Below, piece after piece: positions 1 through 10,407 of a stretch of 64,000 nt of DNA. This stretch comes from an uncultured Gemmatimonadales bacterium. Its GTDB lineage: Bacteria > Gemmatimonadota > Gemmatimonadetes > Gemmatimonadales > Gemmatimonadaceae. The translations under genes were made by a program, and so were the position numbers. Location of the stretch: NCBI GenBank assembly GCA_963701965.1, contig OY969695.1:3584001-3648000 (forward strand), written 5' to 3'. Within the stretch, counting starts at the first letter, position 1; each line of letters begins with the position of its first letter. Under the pieces are notes generated by a model. That model ran no database searches, had not been told where the DNA came from, and saw only the letters and a program-made list of their open reading frames with translations.

Positions 1-812
1 CGGCCCTGCGCGACGCCTATCTCTCCGCCAAATCCTCCGTGTCGTCGGCGCAGCTGGCCGCCGACTACGCCGTGCATCAGAAGCAGCGCTACGACACGCT
101 GCTGGCGGCGGGCGCGGTCTCCGACCGCGACCGCGAGAGCGTGCTGCAGCAGGACGCCCAAGCCCAAGCCGCGCTGGAGAACGCCCGCGCGTCGCTGGTG
201 CAGGCCGAGAAGCAACTCGGCTACACCGAAGTCCGCTCACCGTTCGCCGGGGTCGTCAGCGAGCGCAATGTCAGCGCGGGCGATGTCGTGCAGATGGGCA
301 GCCCGCTTTTCGGCGTGGTCGATCCCACCCGGCTCCAGTTCCAGGCCGCGGTGCCGGCCGAGCAGATCGGCGCCGTGCACGTCGGCGATTCGGTGACGTT
401 CACGCTCAATGCCTACGCGGGACGGACATTCGACGGCTCGGTCGTGCGTATCAATCCGGTCGCCGATCCCTCGACCCGGCAAGTGCAGGTCTTCACCGAA
501 CTGCCGAATCCCACCGGCAGCATCGTCGCCGGTCTCTTCGCCACGGGCCGCGTCGTCACCCAGTCCCAGCGTGGTCTGGTCGTGCCGGTCTCGGCGATCG
601 ACACACGCAATCTGCATCCCAGCGTACTCCGCGTGCGCCGCGGAGTCGTCGAGCGCGTCGACGTCGGGCTCGGCCTCCGCGACGCCATCGCCGAGCGGGT
701 CGAGATCACCGCCGGTGTGTCGGCCGGGGATACGCTGCTCTTGGGGCAAGCGCAGGGACTGACACCGGGCACGCCGGTGCGCGTGCTGGCTCCCACGACT
801 GCCGAGCGCTAG
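1..812 (+). CDS. RND efflux periplasmic adaptor (MFP) subunit, 5'-truncated by window edge
   Basis: Alpha-hairpin followed by 'YTEVRSPFAGVV..VSAGDVV' lipoyl motif and 'RINPVADPSTR'; directly upstream of an RND permease. Confidence 0.9.
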   Translation, partial: ALRDAYLSAKSSVSSAQLAADYAVHQKQRYDTLLAAGAVSDRDRESVLQQDAQAQAALENARASLVQAEKQLGYTEVRSPFAGVVSERNVSAGDVVQMGSPLFGVVDPTRLQFQAAVPAEQIGAVHVGDSVTFTLNAYAGRTFDGSVVRINPVADPSTRQVQVFTELPNPTGSIVAGLFATGRVVTQSQRGLVVPVSAIDTRNLHPSVLRVRRGVVERVDVGLGLRDAIAERVEITAGVSAGDTLLLGQAQGLTPGTPVRVLAPTTAER

Positions 813-814
813 CC

Positions 815-3800
815 ATGTTCATCTCCGACTTCGCGATTCGCCGGCCGATCGTGACGACGGTCGTCATGATCGCGCTCGTCACCTTCGGCATCTTCGCCCT
901 GGTCAAGACCGACGTCGACGAGTACCCCGACATCTCGGCGCCCGTCATCTTCGTCGCCGTCGCCTATCCCGGCGCGTCGCCGCGGCAGGTCGAGCGGGAA
1001 GTCGTGGATCGGATGGAAGAGCAGTTCAACGGCATCAGCGGTCTCGACCGCATTGAGTCGAAATCGACGGACGGGTTCGCGCAGATCACGGTGTTCTTCC
1101 AGTTCAGCAAGAACGTCGACGAAGCCTCGCAGGACATCCGCGACGGGATCTCGGAAATCCGGGACAAGCTGCCCGCCGAGATGCGGGAGCCCATCATCAA
1201 GAAGTACGATCCGTCCGACTTGCCGATCGTGTCGCTGGCCATGACGTCCCAGGCGCTGAGTCCGCCCGAGTTGACGATTCTGGCCGATCCCGGCGTGACC
1301 AAAGAGCTGCGCGGCATCCCCGGCGTGGCGCAAGTGACGGTCGACGGTGGCGACGATCGGACCATCGCCGTCAATGTTCGGCCGCGGGACCTGGAAGCCG
1401 CCCACGTGAGCGTGGCCGAGGTGGTCAACGCGCTCAATACGCAGAACCTCGCCGCGCCCGTCGGCAGCGTGAACGGCACGCTGACCGAGCGCACCATCCG
1501 CCTCAACGGGCGCTTGGCGACCCCGCAGGATTTCCTGCAGCTCGTCGTCGCCGAGCGGGGCGGCCAGCTCATTCGGCTCGCCCAGGTCGCCGACGTCAAG
1601 GACACCGCGATCGAGCCCCGGTCGTTGGCGCTCTATAACGGTCGCGCGGGCGTGGGGATCGATGTCACGAAGAGCAAAGGCGTGAGCACGACGCGGGTCG
1701 CCGATGCCGTGAAAGCAAAGGTGGCCGATCTGCGCAAGACGCTGCCGCCCGGCGTCGACCTCGCGATCGTACAGGATGCCGGAGTCCGCGTGCTCCAATC
1801 CGTGCGGAATGTCGAGGAGATGCTGGTGGAGGGCGCCATCCTCACCGTCCTCGTCGTCTTTCTCTTCTTGAATTCCTGGCGTTCGACCGTCATCACGGGT
1901 CTGGCGTTGCCCGTGTCGACGCTGGCGGCGTTCATCGCCGTCTGGGCCTGCGGCTTCACGTTGAACACCATGTCGTTGCTCGGCCTGTCGCTGGCCATCG
2001 GGATCCTCATCGATGACGCGATCGTCGTGCGCGAGAACATCGTACGACACATCGAGATGGGGGAAGATCATTTCGCCGCCGCCCATCGGGGCACGGATGA
2101 AATCGGGCTCGCCGTCACGGCCACCACGTTCTCGATCGTCGCCGTTTTCGTGCCGGTGGCGTTCATGCGGGGCGAAGCGGGTCAATGGTTCAAGCCGTTC
2201 GCCCTCACGATCGCCTGCGCCGTGCTGGTATCGTTGTTCGTGTCGTTCTCGTTGGACCCCATGTTGTCGGCCTACTGGCCTGATCCGCAGCTGGAAGCGC
2301 ACCAACGGCGGAACGCGCTGTCCCGGGCCCTCGACCGGTTCAACCAATGGTTCGACCGGCAAGCCGACGGTTATCGCTCGCTCATTGGATGGGCGCTCGA
2401 CCACCGCTGGATCATGGTCGGACTGGCCGGCGCCTCGTTCGTCGGCGCGCTGCTCATCCAGAAGTATTTCGGCGGCGCCGATTTCGTCCCCAAGAGCGAT
2501 CGCTCCGAGCTCAACATCGCCGTCGAGACACCGCCGGGCTCGAACCTCGACTACATCCGGCTCAAGATCGCCGAGATCGAGCGCGTCGTCCGTGCCCATC
2601 CCGAGGTCCGCTACACCTACTCGACTGTCGGCAGCGCGGTCGGATCGGGCGAAGTGGACGTGGGCAACATCTACGTGCGGCTCGTGCCCAAATCGGAGCG
2701 GCGCATATCGCAGGACGACCTCGGCGCCGTGTTCCGGCCGGAGCTGACGCGCATCGGCGGGGTGACGGCGTACGTGTTCGACGCCGGATTCGGGGGCAAC
2801 CGGAAGCAGATCCAGGTGCACTTGCGGGCCGCGGGCGTCGACGAGGCGACGCTGGGCCGGTTCGCGACGCAGGTCATCGACGCCGTCCGCCAGGTGCCGG
2901 GCGCCGCGGACATCGGGCTCTCGACGAAAGGCGAGCGGCCGGAACTGCAGATCGATCTCAACCGGCCGCTGGCCGGCGTCCTCGGTGTCACCGTCAACGA
3001 CGTGGCGGCGTCACTGCGGCCGGCGTTCGCCGGCCTCCACGCCAGCGACTGGGTCGATCCCACGGGCAAGACGCGCGACGTGACGGTGCGCCTCGCACCC
3101 GAGGCCCGCACGAACATGACCGATCTGGAACAGTTGCCGCTCGTCCTCTCGGGCGCGCAACAGGCGGCCGCCGGCGCCGTGGGCGCTTCGATCCCATCGG
3201 CGATCCCGCTGGGCGCCGTGGCCTCGATCACGAGCGCGGTGGGGCCGGCCGAAGTCGATCACTTCAATCGCGATCAAGTCATCACGGTCGAAGCGAACGC
3301 CGAGGGGCGCTCCTTGAGCGAGGTGTCGAACGACATCAATGCGCGGATCAAGTCCTTGACGCTGCCGCCGGGGATCCGCATCACGCAGGGCGGGGAGGTC
3401 AATGATCAGGCCGAGGTCTACGGCGATATTTTCGCGGCCCTGGGGTTGGCGGTGCTCCTCATGTACCTGATTCTGGTCGTGCAATTTGGATCGTTCCTCG
3501 ACCCGCTGACCATCATGATGTCCCTGCCGCTGTCCCTGATCGGCGTCGTGTTGGCGCTCAAGGCCACGGGCGAGTCGCTCAATATCATGAGTCTCATTGG
3601 CGTGATTCTGCTCATGGGCATCGTGACGAAGAACGCGATTTTGCTGGTGGATTTCGCCATCTGGTCCAAGGAGCAGCGCAAGCTGTCGACGCGCGATGCC
3701 CTGATCGAAGCCGGACGCATTCGTTTGCGGCCGATTCTCATGACCACGCTGGCGCTGATTGCCGGCATGGTGCCGGTCGCCATCGGGGCCGGCGAGGGCG

Positions 3801-3982
3801 GCGACTTCCGGAAATCCCTCGGCATCGCGGTCATTGGCGGGGTGATCACCTCGACGTTTCTCACGCTGCTCGTGATCCCGACGTTCTACGAGATCCTGGA
3901 CGAGACCCGATCGTGGTTCCTGGGCGCAGTGGGACGGCGCCCCGGCGCCGCGGTTTTCCCCGAGGGCGCGCCAGGGGACTAG
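815..3982 (+). CDS. RND efflux transporter permease (AcrB/MdtB-like family)
   Basis: 1055 aa; N-terminal 'MFISDFAIRRP', TM4 'AIGILIDDAIVVRENI', 'KNAILLVDF', 'RLRPILMTT'. Confidence 0.95.
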   Translation: MFISDFAIRRPIVTTVVMIALVTFGIFALVKTDVDEYPDISAPVIFVAVAYPGASPRQVEREVVDRMEEQFNGISGLDRIESKSTDGFAQITVFFQFSKNVDEASQDIRDGISEIRDKLPAEMREPIIKKYDPSDLPIVSLAMTSQALSPPELTILADPGVTKELRGIPGVAQVTVDGGDDRTIAVNVRPRDLEAAHVSVAEVVNALNTQNLAAPVGSVNGTLTERTIRLNGRLATPQDFLQLVVAERGGQLIRLAQVADVKDTAIEPRSLALYNGRAGVGIDVTKSKGVSTTRVADAVKAKVADLRKTLPPGVDLAIVQDAGVRVLQSVRNVEEMLVEGAILTVLVVFLFLNSWRSTVITGLALPVSTLAAFIAVWACGFTLNTMSLLGLSLAIGILIDDAIVVRENIVRHIEMGEDHFAAAHRGTDEIGLAVTATTFSIVAVFVPVAFMRGEAGQWFKPFALTIACAVLVSLFVSFSLDPMLSAYWPDPQLEAHQRRNALSRALDRFNQWFDRQADGYRSLIGWALDHRWIMVGLAGASFVGALLIQKYFGGADFVPKSDRSELNIAVETPPGSNLDYIRLKIAEIERVVRAHPEVRYTYSTVGSAVGSGEVDVGNIYVRLVPKSERRISQDDLGAVFRPELTRIGGVTAYVFDAGFGGNRKQIQVHLRAAGVDEATLGRFATQVIDAVRQVPGAADIGLSTKGERPELQIDLNRPLAGVLGVTVNDVAASLRPAFAGLHASDWVDPTGKTRDVTVRLAPEARTNMTDLEQLPLVLSGAQQAAAGAVGASIPSAIPLGAVASITSAVGPAEVDHFNRDQVITVEANAEGRSLSEVSNDINARIKSLTLPPGIRITQGGEVNDQAEVYGDIFAALGLAVLLMYLILVVQFGSFLDPLTIMMSLPLSLIGVVLALKATGESLNIMSLIGVILLMGIVTKNAILLVDFAIWSKEQRKLSTRDALIEAGRIRLRPILMTTLALIAGMVPVAIGAGEGGDFRKSLGIAVIGGVITSTFLTLLVIPTFYEILDETRSWFLGAVGRRPGAAVFPEGAPGD

Positions 3983-3991
3983 GTTTGAGCC

Positions 3992-4642
3992 GTGCATTGG
4001 TTGACACAGCTCTCGGGATCGTTCTGGGCCTACATCGTGCTCGGCGCTATGAGCATCGTCGCCGAGGAGTTGGCTCCCGTGGGCGGCGGCTACGCGGCGC
4101 ACGAGGGGCGCTTGGGCCTCATGCGCGTAGCCCTCAGCATCTTCATCGGCACGTGGTCCAGCGGCATCGGGCTCTACTACCTGGGGCGCGCCCGCGGCGT
4201 CTGGCTGCGGCGGCGCTATCCGCACTTCGGCCGGCTCTTCACGCGGGCGCTCATGGTGGTGCGCCGGCGCCCGTGGCGCGCGTCGCTCGCGGTGCGCTAC
4301 GCCTTCGGATTGCGTATCGCACTACCGGTCGCGTGCGGCGCGGCCCACGTCCCCGTCTGGGAGTACGTGATCGGCAGCGGTATCAGCTCCCTCACGTGGT
4401 CCAGCCTGTTCACGGTGGTCGGCTGGGCGTTTGGCCGTTCGGCGGACGCCGTGATGCGTCACCTGCACCGCTACGAGGACGTGCTCACGCTCGCCGCCAC
4501 GGGCGCCATCGGCATCATTCTCTTTGCCTATCTCCGGCGCAGCGCCGTGAGAGACGAGGAGGAGATCGATGAGTTTGGCAAGCATCTCGACCGGCTGAGC
4601 GGCGAATTTCCCACCTACCGCGAGCACAACGACGCCAGCTAG
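3992..4642 (+). CDS. DedA/VTT family membrane protein
   Basis: Hydrophobic 216 aa with 'EEL..GG', 'YYLGR', 'RYAFGLR' DedA-type motifs. Confidence 0.8.
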   Translation: MHWLTQLSGSFWAYIVLGAMSIVAEELAPVGGGYAAHEGRLGLMRVALSIFIGTWSSGIGLYYLGRARGVWLRRRYPHFGRLFTRALMVVRRRPWRASLAVRYAFGLRIALPVACGAAHVPVWEYVIGSGISSLTWSSLFTVVGWAFGRSADAVMRHLHRYEDVLTLAATGAIGIILFAYLRRSAVRDEEEIDEFGKHLDRLSGEFPTYREHNDAS

Positions 4643-5637
4643 TGCGAGGCGTGGGCGCGGCGGAACACGTTCAGGAGATACCACAGCGAGGGGAGGAGAA
4701 CGGCCGCGCCAATGGCGATGGCCACGACGAACGCCCGGAGGGTCGCGGGCGGCGAAGCGGCGTCCGTGATCGTGAGCCGGGGCGGAATGAGATAGGGATA
4801 CTGCGCGATCATCCACCCCCAGAGGACGAGGCCAGCCAACGCCACCATGGCGGCGCGGGCCGCCCGATATCGGTGCCTCCCGAGCGCGATGAGCGCCGCC
4901 AGTCCGGCAAGAAAGGCCGCGCCTTGCACGGGAAACGGGGGTGCCTGGGCCTTGGAGAGCGCCAACGTCGCGTAGGCCGCCACCGGGAGCAGGACGGCGG
5001 CGCCGATCGCGCGCCAGCGAAAATCATTCGCCAGGGCGGGGTCACCGGACGCTTCGACCGTCAGATAGGTGGCAGCCAGCAGCGCGCAGAGGACCAGGGC
5101 CATGAGCCCGACGCCGATCGTGAAAGGGGTGAGCCACGGGCCAATGTAGACGTCCGTGAACGGCGCGCCTCCGCGGGCCGCGGACGCCAGCGCGATGCCG
5201 ACGTTGCCCGACGCGATGGCGCCCACGATCATCCCGAGCACGACCGGCGTGAGCATGCTGGCGATCGCGAAGAGGAGTCCCCAGCGCTCCTGCGCGGCGC
5301 TGGGTCGGTCTTCGTAGGAGCGGAACGCGAACGCCGATCCCCGCAGGACGATGCCGATCAAGAGCACCGACAGCGGGATGTGCAGGACCGTGGCGAGCGC
5401 CGCGAACGCCGGCGGGAAGCAGGTGAACAGGAGCACGATCACCAGGATGAGCCACACGTGATTCGCTTCCCACACCGGTCCCATGGCGTGCGCGATGAGC
5501 GCCCGCTGGGTCGCCTGGCGCGGACCCGATGCCAGGAGGTCCCAAATGCCGCCGCCGAAATCGGCGCCGGCCATCACCACGTACGCGGTGAGCGCGACGC
5601 CCGCGATGCCGGCAATCACGACGGGCAGCGACGGCAC
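4639..5637 (-). CDS. cydB: Cytochrome bd ubiquinol oxidase subunit II
   Basis: 'GADFGGG', 'GPVWEANHVWLI', 'LRGSAFAFR' motifs. Confidence 0.95.
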   Translation of the reverse strand: MPSLPVVIAGIAGVALTAYVVMAGADFGGGIWDLLASGPRQATQRALIAHAMGPVWEANHVWLILVIVLLFTCFPPAFAALATVLHIPLSVLLIGIVLRGSAFAFRSYEDRPSAAQERWGLLFAIASMLTPVVLGMIVGAIASGNVGIALASAARGGAPFTDVYIGPWLTPFTIGVGLMALVLCALLAATYLTVEASGDPALANDFRWRAIGAAVLLPVAAYATLALSKAQAPPFPVQGAAFLAGLAALIALGRHRYRAARAAMVALAGLVLWGWMIAQYPYLIPPRLTITDAASPPATLRAFVVAIAIGAAVLLPSLWYLLNVFRRAHASH

Positions 5638-6901
5638 TCAGGCCGTCGTCCGCAAGACTTGCTGGTACATGAGCCAGGTGACGATGGCGCCAAGGGCCAA
5701 GTACAGCGCCGTGAAGGTCAGGAACGGCACCACGAGGCCGGGCATGGGCGTGACGGCATCCGCGGTGCGGAGGAGCCCCGTCACGATCCACGGTTGCCGC
5801 CCCACCTCGGTCACCGTCCACCCCGCCTCCACGCAAATGACCCCCAGCGGCGTGGCGGCGGCCAGCGCGCGCAGCAGCCACCGTCGCCGCGCGAGATCGC
5901 GGCGGCGCGCCAACACCCAGAGCGCCCAGCCGGCCACGATGGCCAGCATCGTCCCGAGCCCGACCATGATCTCAAACGCCACGTGCACGATGGGAACGGG
6001 CGGCCACCGGTCGGGGGGCACGTCGTCCAATCCCACCACCTTGGCGTGCACGTCGTGGTAAGCGAGAAACGAGAGCGCGCCGGGGATTTCAATGACGCCG
6101 CCAATGTCCAGCGGCGCCCCGGTCTCCGTTTTGAACTGTCCTTCCAGCGACGCCAATTTGACGGGCTGCGTGTCGGCCACCATCCGGCCGGCGATGTCGC
6201 CCGAGATGGGCTGGAGCACCGCCGCGGGCGCGCCCACGAGCAGGGCGACGACCAGCGCCCGCCGGTGGAAGCCGCTCGAATGGGTCCCGAAGCAGGAGGA
6301 ACGCGTGGATGCCGGCCACGGCCATCCCCAGCGTCGCATAGGCAGCCAGGGTCATGTGGAGCGTCTCGGCGAACGCGGCCGGGTTGGCCATGGCGGCCAT
6401 GGGGTGCACGTCGACGGGCTGCCCGTCGACGATCCGGAACCCGGCTGGAGTATTCATCCAGGCGTTGGCGATGACCACGAAGATGCCGGAGAGGACCCCG
6501 GAGAAGGCGACGATCGCGCCGGCCGCGAGGTGGGTTCGTGGAGGGATCCGGTTCCACCCGTACAGGTAGACACCGAGGAAGATCGCCTCCGTGAAGAACG
6601 CGAAACCCTCGAGTGAGAACGGCATCCCAATGATCCCGCCGGCGTACTGCATGAACCGCGGCCACAGCAGGCCCAGCTCGAACGAGAGGACGGTGCCGGA
6701 GACGGCGCCGACCGCGAACATGATCGCGGTGCCCCGGGCCCAACGGCGCGCCAGTTCCAGGTACGTGGCCTCTCCGGTCGCTTGCCACCGCCACTCGGCG
6801 ATGACCATGAGCAAGGGCATCCCGATCCCGACAATGGCGAAGACGATATGGAAGGCAAGCGACATCGCCATCTGCGATCGTGCCGCGAGGAGATCGCTCA
6901 T
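5638..6901 (-). pseudogene. cydA: Cytochrome bd oxidase subunit I, split by a frameshift near 6279-6281 (sequencing error or pseudogene)
   Basis: N-half 'MSDLLAARSQMAMSLAFHIVF...AVSGTVLSFE...EGFAFFTEAIF...ANAWMNTP' from ATG 6901; C-half 'QPVKLA..EG', 'EAGWTVTEVGRQPW' in a different frame. Confidence 0.9.
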
Positions 6902-6940
6902 CGGGTGGAAATATAGGCCGGGCGGCATTATGGTGGTCGC

Positions 6941-7573
6941 GTGAGCGAGCCGACCCCGAGCAGTATCGACGTGGTACGCCGCCGCCGCACGAACTTCCGC
7001 ATCGTGATCGGCGTCGTCATCGTGTTCATGCTCGCCTGGTGCTACAGCATCGGGCGCCGTCTCACGACACTCGTGCAGACCGGGAAGACGCTCGCGCACG
7101 GTTCGTCGCGGCTGGAGCGCGTCGACACCGTCCTGGCGCCGGGCTCCCGCGTCGAGTTCGAGGGCGCCACCATCGCCGATCTCCGGAGCACGGGCCATCT
7201 GGGTCCCGCGGCGGCGCATCCGCAAATCGACACGGTCGCGCTCTTCCAGCGTTGGCCGGCGTTGACGGCGTTCATTACGCGCGACTCGGCGCGTTTCAAG
7301 GCGGCCGATCGCCAGGGCCCTACACCGGGTCTGGATGGGGCAGCCGGATTCATCAATAGTCCGAACGCCGGCGACCTCTATCTCGCCGAGTTCGTCGCGG
7401 CCGCCGACACCGCCCACGTCGCCCACGACACGACAATGTATGCGACGGTCGACGCTCCTCCGGATACCGCGGCCCCAATCATCCTGCGCCTGCACCGCGG
7501 GCCGGCACCGGCCGCGACGCCCCGGGGCGAGCTCTTCATTGGCCCGCCAACCGCGCTCTATCGCGTGTACTGA
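6941..7573 (+). CDS. Hypothetical protein with N-terminal membrane anchor
   Basis: Basic stretch followed by hydrophobic helix 'IVIGVVIVFMLAWCY'; fills the gap between cydA and the SRPBCC gene; TATGGT 6 nt upstream of GTG. Confidence 0.65.
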   Translation: MSEPTPSSIDVVRRRRTNFRIVIGVVIVFMLAWCYSIGRRLTTLVQTGKTLAHGSSRLERVDTVLAPGSRVEFEGATIADLRSTGHLGPAAAHPQIDTVALFQRWPALTAFITRDSARFKAADRQGPTPGLDGAAGFINSPNAGDLYLAEFVAAADTAHVAHDTTMYATVDAPPDTAAPIILRLHRGPAPAATPRGELFIGPPTALYRVY

Positions 7574-8088
7574 GTCGCCGCCCCGAGATGCGCGGCGAGC
7601 GCCGTGAGATACGCGTCGATCGTCGCGTGGTAGCCCATCACGTATCGCGAGACAAACCGGAAGACCGGGTTGTAGACCTCGCCGTACTCGGTGATCGTAA
7701 GGCGCGTCGCTCCCGGCTTGGTCACGGCAATGTCGTATTCCCACCGTCCGCCGAACGGCAGGGTCCGGTCCGTGATCTGCGTGACCAGCCGCGTGGGAGG
7801 GGCGGTCGAGACCATCTCGAATGTGATGGCACCGTCGGCACCCTGCTCTCGCCACACCGTGTGCCCATCGTGTGGCGCGAGGATGGTCACCTGGCTGACC
7901 CTCGGTCGCCACGACGGGAATGCCCCGACATCGGTCAGGGCGGCCCAGACGCGCTCGGGCGGCGCTGGCAGGTCAGCCGAACGCTCGGCCGTGTGTTTGA
8001 CCGGCAGGAGCGCGCCAATGGCGAGCACGATCGCAATGAGGACCACCACGGCTGCCACCACGGCGGCCGCTATCGGGAGCCATCTCAC
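7558..8088 (-). CDS. SRPBCC (START-like, polyketide cyclase/dehydrase) family protein
   Basis: 'APPERVWAALTD..FPSW', 'FGGRWEY', 'TRLTITE'; GGAGG upstream. Confidence 0.85.
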   Translation of the reverse strand: MRWLPIAAAVVAAVVVLIAIVLAIGALLPVKHTAERSADLPAPPERVWAALTDVGAFPSWRPRVSQVTILAPHDGHTVWREQGADGAITFEMVSTAPPTRLVTQITDRTLPFGGRWEYDIAVTKPGATRLTITEYGEVYNPVFRFVSRYVMGYHATIDAYLTALAAHLGAATQYTR

Positions 8089-8133
8089 GCCACCTCCGAA
8101 ACTTGCGCCAGTTCTCGGGCGTATTGAGAAACC

Positions 8134-10329
8134 GTGCTCGCGCTCTGGGCCTTAATGTTGTTGCAACAGGACTCGTCCGCCAAGATGGCCGCAAAGGCGG
8201 CGCGCGTCGTTCCCGTTACGCCCGATCTGAGCGCCAGCGCCTACGACTCACCCCGGACGCGCGATCTCGTGGCGCTGGCCCGGGCCGCGCGCCACGAGGA
8301 TGACCTTCGCCTGCGGGCCTACGACGCCACGGCCCTGCAGCGCATGACGGTGGATTGGAACGCGGCCCGGTTCGTCGGGACCCGTATGCTCTTTCGGAAG
8401 GAGACCGCGGCCCGCGTCCAATGGGAGCGCAGCGTGGGCGCCGTCGTCGACGTCACGGGCGACCGCACGGCCATCCCTATGGCCCCGGCCGCGCACGCCG
8501 AAGTCGACGACGAGACCGACTTGATCCCGCTGCCCTACGTGCCCGGGCGCCCGATCCCGTGGCAGCACGCATCGCACGACACGATCGACCCGGACGACTG
8601 GATCGACCCGCTCCAGCCCGGCGCCGAGGCCTACTATCGCTATGCTGCGGGCGACTCCCAGACGGTGAAAGCGCCGGGGGTCGAGCCGGTGCATCTGCGC
8701 GAGCTCGTCCTGCACCCCCGCGGGCCCGAGTGGAACCTGGGCGTCGGCGCGCTGTGGATCGACATCGCCTCCGGCCATCTCGTCCGTGCCGTGTACCGCT
8801 TCGCCGCGCCCATGAACATCGTCGCGGTGGCGAAGAGCGACGATCCGCACGCGTTCGACGACGTGCCGATCTGGGTGCGTCCGTTCATCACGCCAATGGT
8901 CGCCAACGTCTCCGCCGTCATCATGGAGTACGGGCTGCTCGAGGCCCGGTTTTGGCTGCCGAGCAGCGCTCTGCTCGAAGGCACGGCCCAGGTCGGGCAT
9001 CTGCACTTTCCTTTCGCGATGGAGACGCGGTACCGCTACACGAGCATCAATGCCGCGGACTCCCTCCCGCCCATCGCGCGCCCATCCCCCGACTCCTTGC
9101 GCGATAGCGTGCGCCGCGCCGAGTGCGCGGCCGGCACCATGTGGACGCACGTCGACACGGCGGGTTCTGCCGGCGTCCCGGTCCTCACCCGCATCCCGTG
9201 CGATACCGCCGCGCTGGCGCATTCTTCCACGCTGCCACCGAGTACGTTCAGCGCCGCGGACGTCGGCCCCTCATCGGCGCAGGTGAACGATCTCCTGCAC
9301 GCCATCGGTATGGGAGCACAGCCCGATTGGGCGCCGCAGGACATCCATCTGCACTACGGCTTGGATCACAACCTCGTCCGGTTCAATCGCATCGAAGGGC
9401 TCTCGGTCGGCCTGGGGGTGAGCCAGGAGTTGGGCCGCGGGTACACGTGGTATGGCGAGGCGCGGTTCGGGGTCGCCGACCGACAACCGAACGCCGAGTT
9501 GCGACTCGATGAGTCCGACGGCCGCTCCACGATCGGCTTGGCCGTCTACCGTCGCCTGGCCTCGGCGAACGACTGGGGTGACCCGTTCTCGCTCGGCAGT
9601 TCACTCGGCGCGTTGGTGCTCGGCGACGATGAGGGCTTCTACTACCGCGCCTGGGGCGCCGAGATTCGCGGCCAGAGCACCGCGGGCGCGCCGCTCAGCT
9701 GGCGCCTGTTCGCCGAAGGCCAGGGCACCGCGGCCGTGAGCACCGATTTCTCGTTCACGCACGCGCTCGATGGGCCCCACGCGCCACCCAATCTCGTCGC
9801 GCGCGAGGGCGCCTATGCTGGCGCTGGCGTCCGCTTCGCGCCGTCGCTGGGAGAGGATCCGCACGGCTTCCGCCTCGCGTCCGATCTCCGCGCCGAAGCC
9901 GCGGCGGGCACGGCGGCGTACGTGCGCGGCGCCGCGGACATCACGGTGTCGCACGGCGTGACGCCGTTCGCCGACGCCTCGCTCACCGTCGGCGCGGGCA
10001 TGTCGGGTGGCGACGTGCCAGCCCAGCGTCTCTGGTACCTCGGTGGCCTGCAAACGGTGCGCGGACTCGCGCCGGGTACCGAGGCCGGCGACGCGTACTG
10101 GCTGACGCGCGCCGAATTGGGACCGCGTTGGGTCACCGTCAAACCCGTGGTGTTCTACGATCTCGGCTGGGCCGGCGATCGGAATGCGTGGGGACATCAA
10201 GGACGCGCGCTGAGCGGCGCCGGTGCCGGCGTGTCGTTTCTCGATGGACTCATCCGCATCAATGTCGCGCGCGGCATCTCGCCGACGAACGGCTGGCGGG
10301 TGAACGTGTATCTGAACGGCGCCTTCTAA
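8134..10329 (+). CDS. Large exported protein, probable outer-membrane beta-barrel in C-terminal half
   Basis: Signal-like N-terminus; 'RFNRIEGL'; BamA/ShlB-like 'LGGLQTVRG' loop; alternating beta-strand pattern; C-terminal Phe (YLNGAF). Confidence 0.7.
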   Translation: MLALWALMLLQQDSSAKMAAKAARVVPVTPDLSASAYDSPRTRDLVALARAARHEDDLRLRAYDATALQRMTVDWNAARFVGTRMLFRKETAARVQWERSVGAVVDVTGDRTAIPMAPAAHAEVDDETDLIPLPYVPGRPIPWQHASHDTIDPDDWIDPLQPGAEAYYRYAAGDSQTVKAPGVEPVHLRELVLHPRGPEWNLGVGALWIDIASGHLVRAVYRFAAPMNIVAVAKSDDPHAFDDVPIWVRPFITPMVANVSAVIMEYGLLEARFWLPSSALLEGTAQVGHLHFPFAMETRYRYTSINAADSLPPIARPSPDSLRDSVRRAECAAGTMWTHVDTAGSAGVPVLTRIPCDTAALAHSSTLPPSTFSAADVGPSSAQVNDLLHAIGMGAQPDWAPQDIHLHYGLDHNLVRFNRIEGLSVGLGVSQELGRGYTWYGEARFGVADRQPNAELRLDESDGRSTIGLAVYRRLASANDWGDPFSLGSSLGALVLGDDEGFYYRAWGAEIRGQSTAGAPLSWRLFAEGQGTAAVSTDFSFTHALDGPHAPPNLVAREGAYAGAGVRFAPSLGEDPHGFRLASDLRAEAAAGTAAYVRGAADITVSHGVTPFADASLTVGAGMSGGDVPAQRLWYLGGLQTVRGLAPGTEAGDAYWLTRAELGPRWVTVKPVVFYDLGWAGDRNAWGHQGRALSGAGAGVSFLDGLIRINVARGISPTNGWRVNVYLNGAF

Positions 10330-10407
10330 AAATTTCCGCGCGCCGCGGCGCGCAATGGTCACGCACTTGCACGCCACCGCCTCACTCTCTGTGAGCTGGG
10401 TACTGAC

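Noticed and set aside
809..2821. Long antisense and alternate-frame ORFs (also 25348-27546, 30114-32195, 33811-35763, 19155-20903)
   Set aside because: Shadow ORFs opposite well-recognised genes, expected at high GC3; Arg/Gly/His-rich with no motifs
6089..7912. 607-aa ORF suggesting an extended CydA
   Set aside because: The extension overlaps other genes; CydA similarity begins at ATG 6901
10338..10353. Perfect 16-bp palindrome GCGCGCCGCGGCGCGC
   Set aside because: All-GC and plausible by chance; no downstream U-tract and no shared core motif
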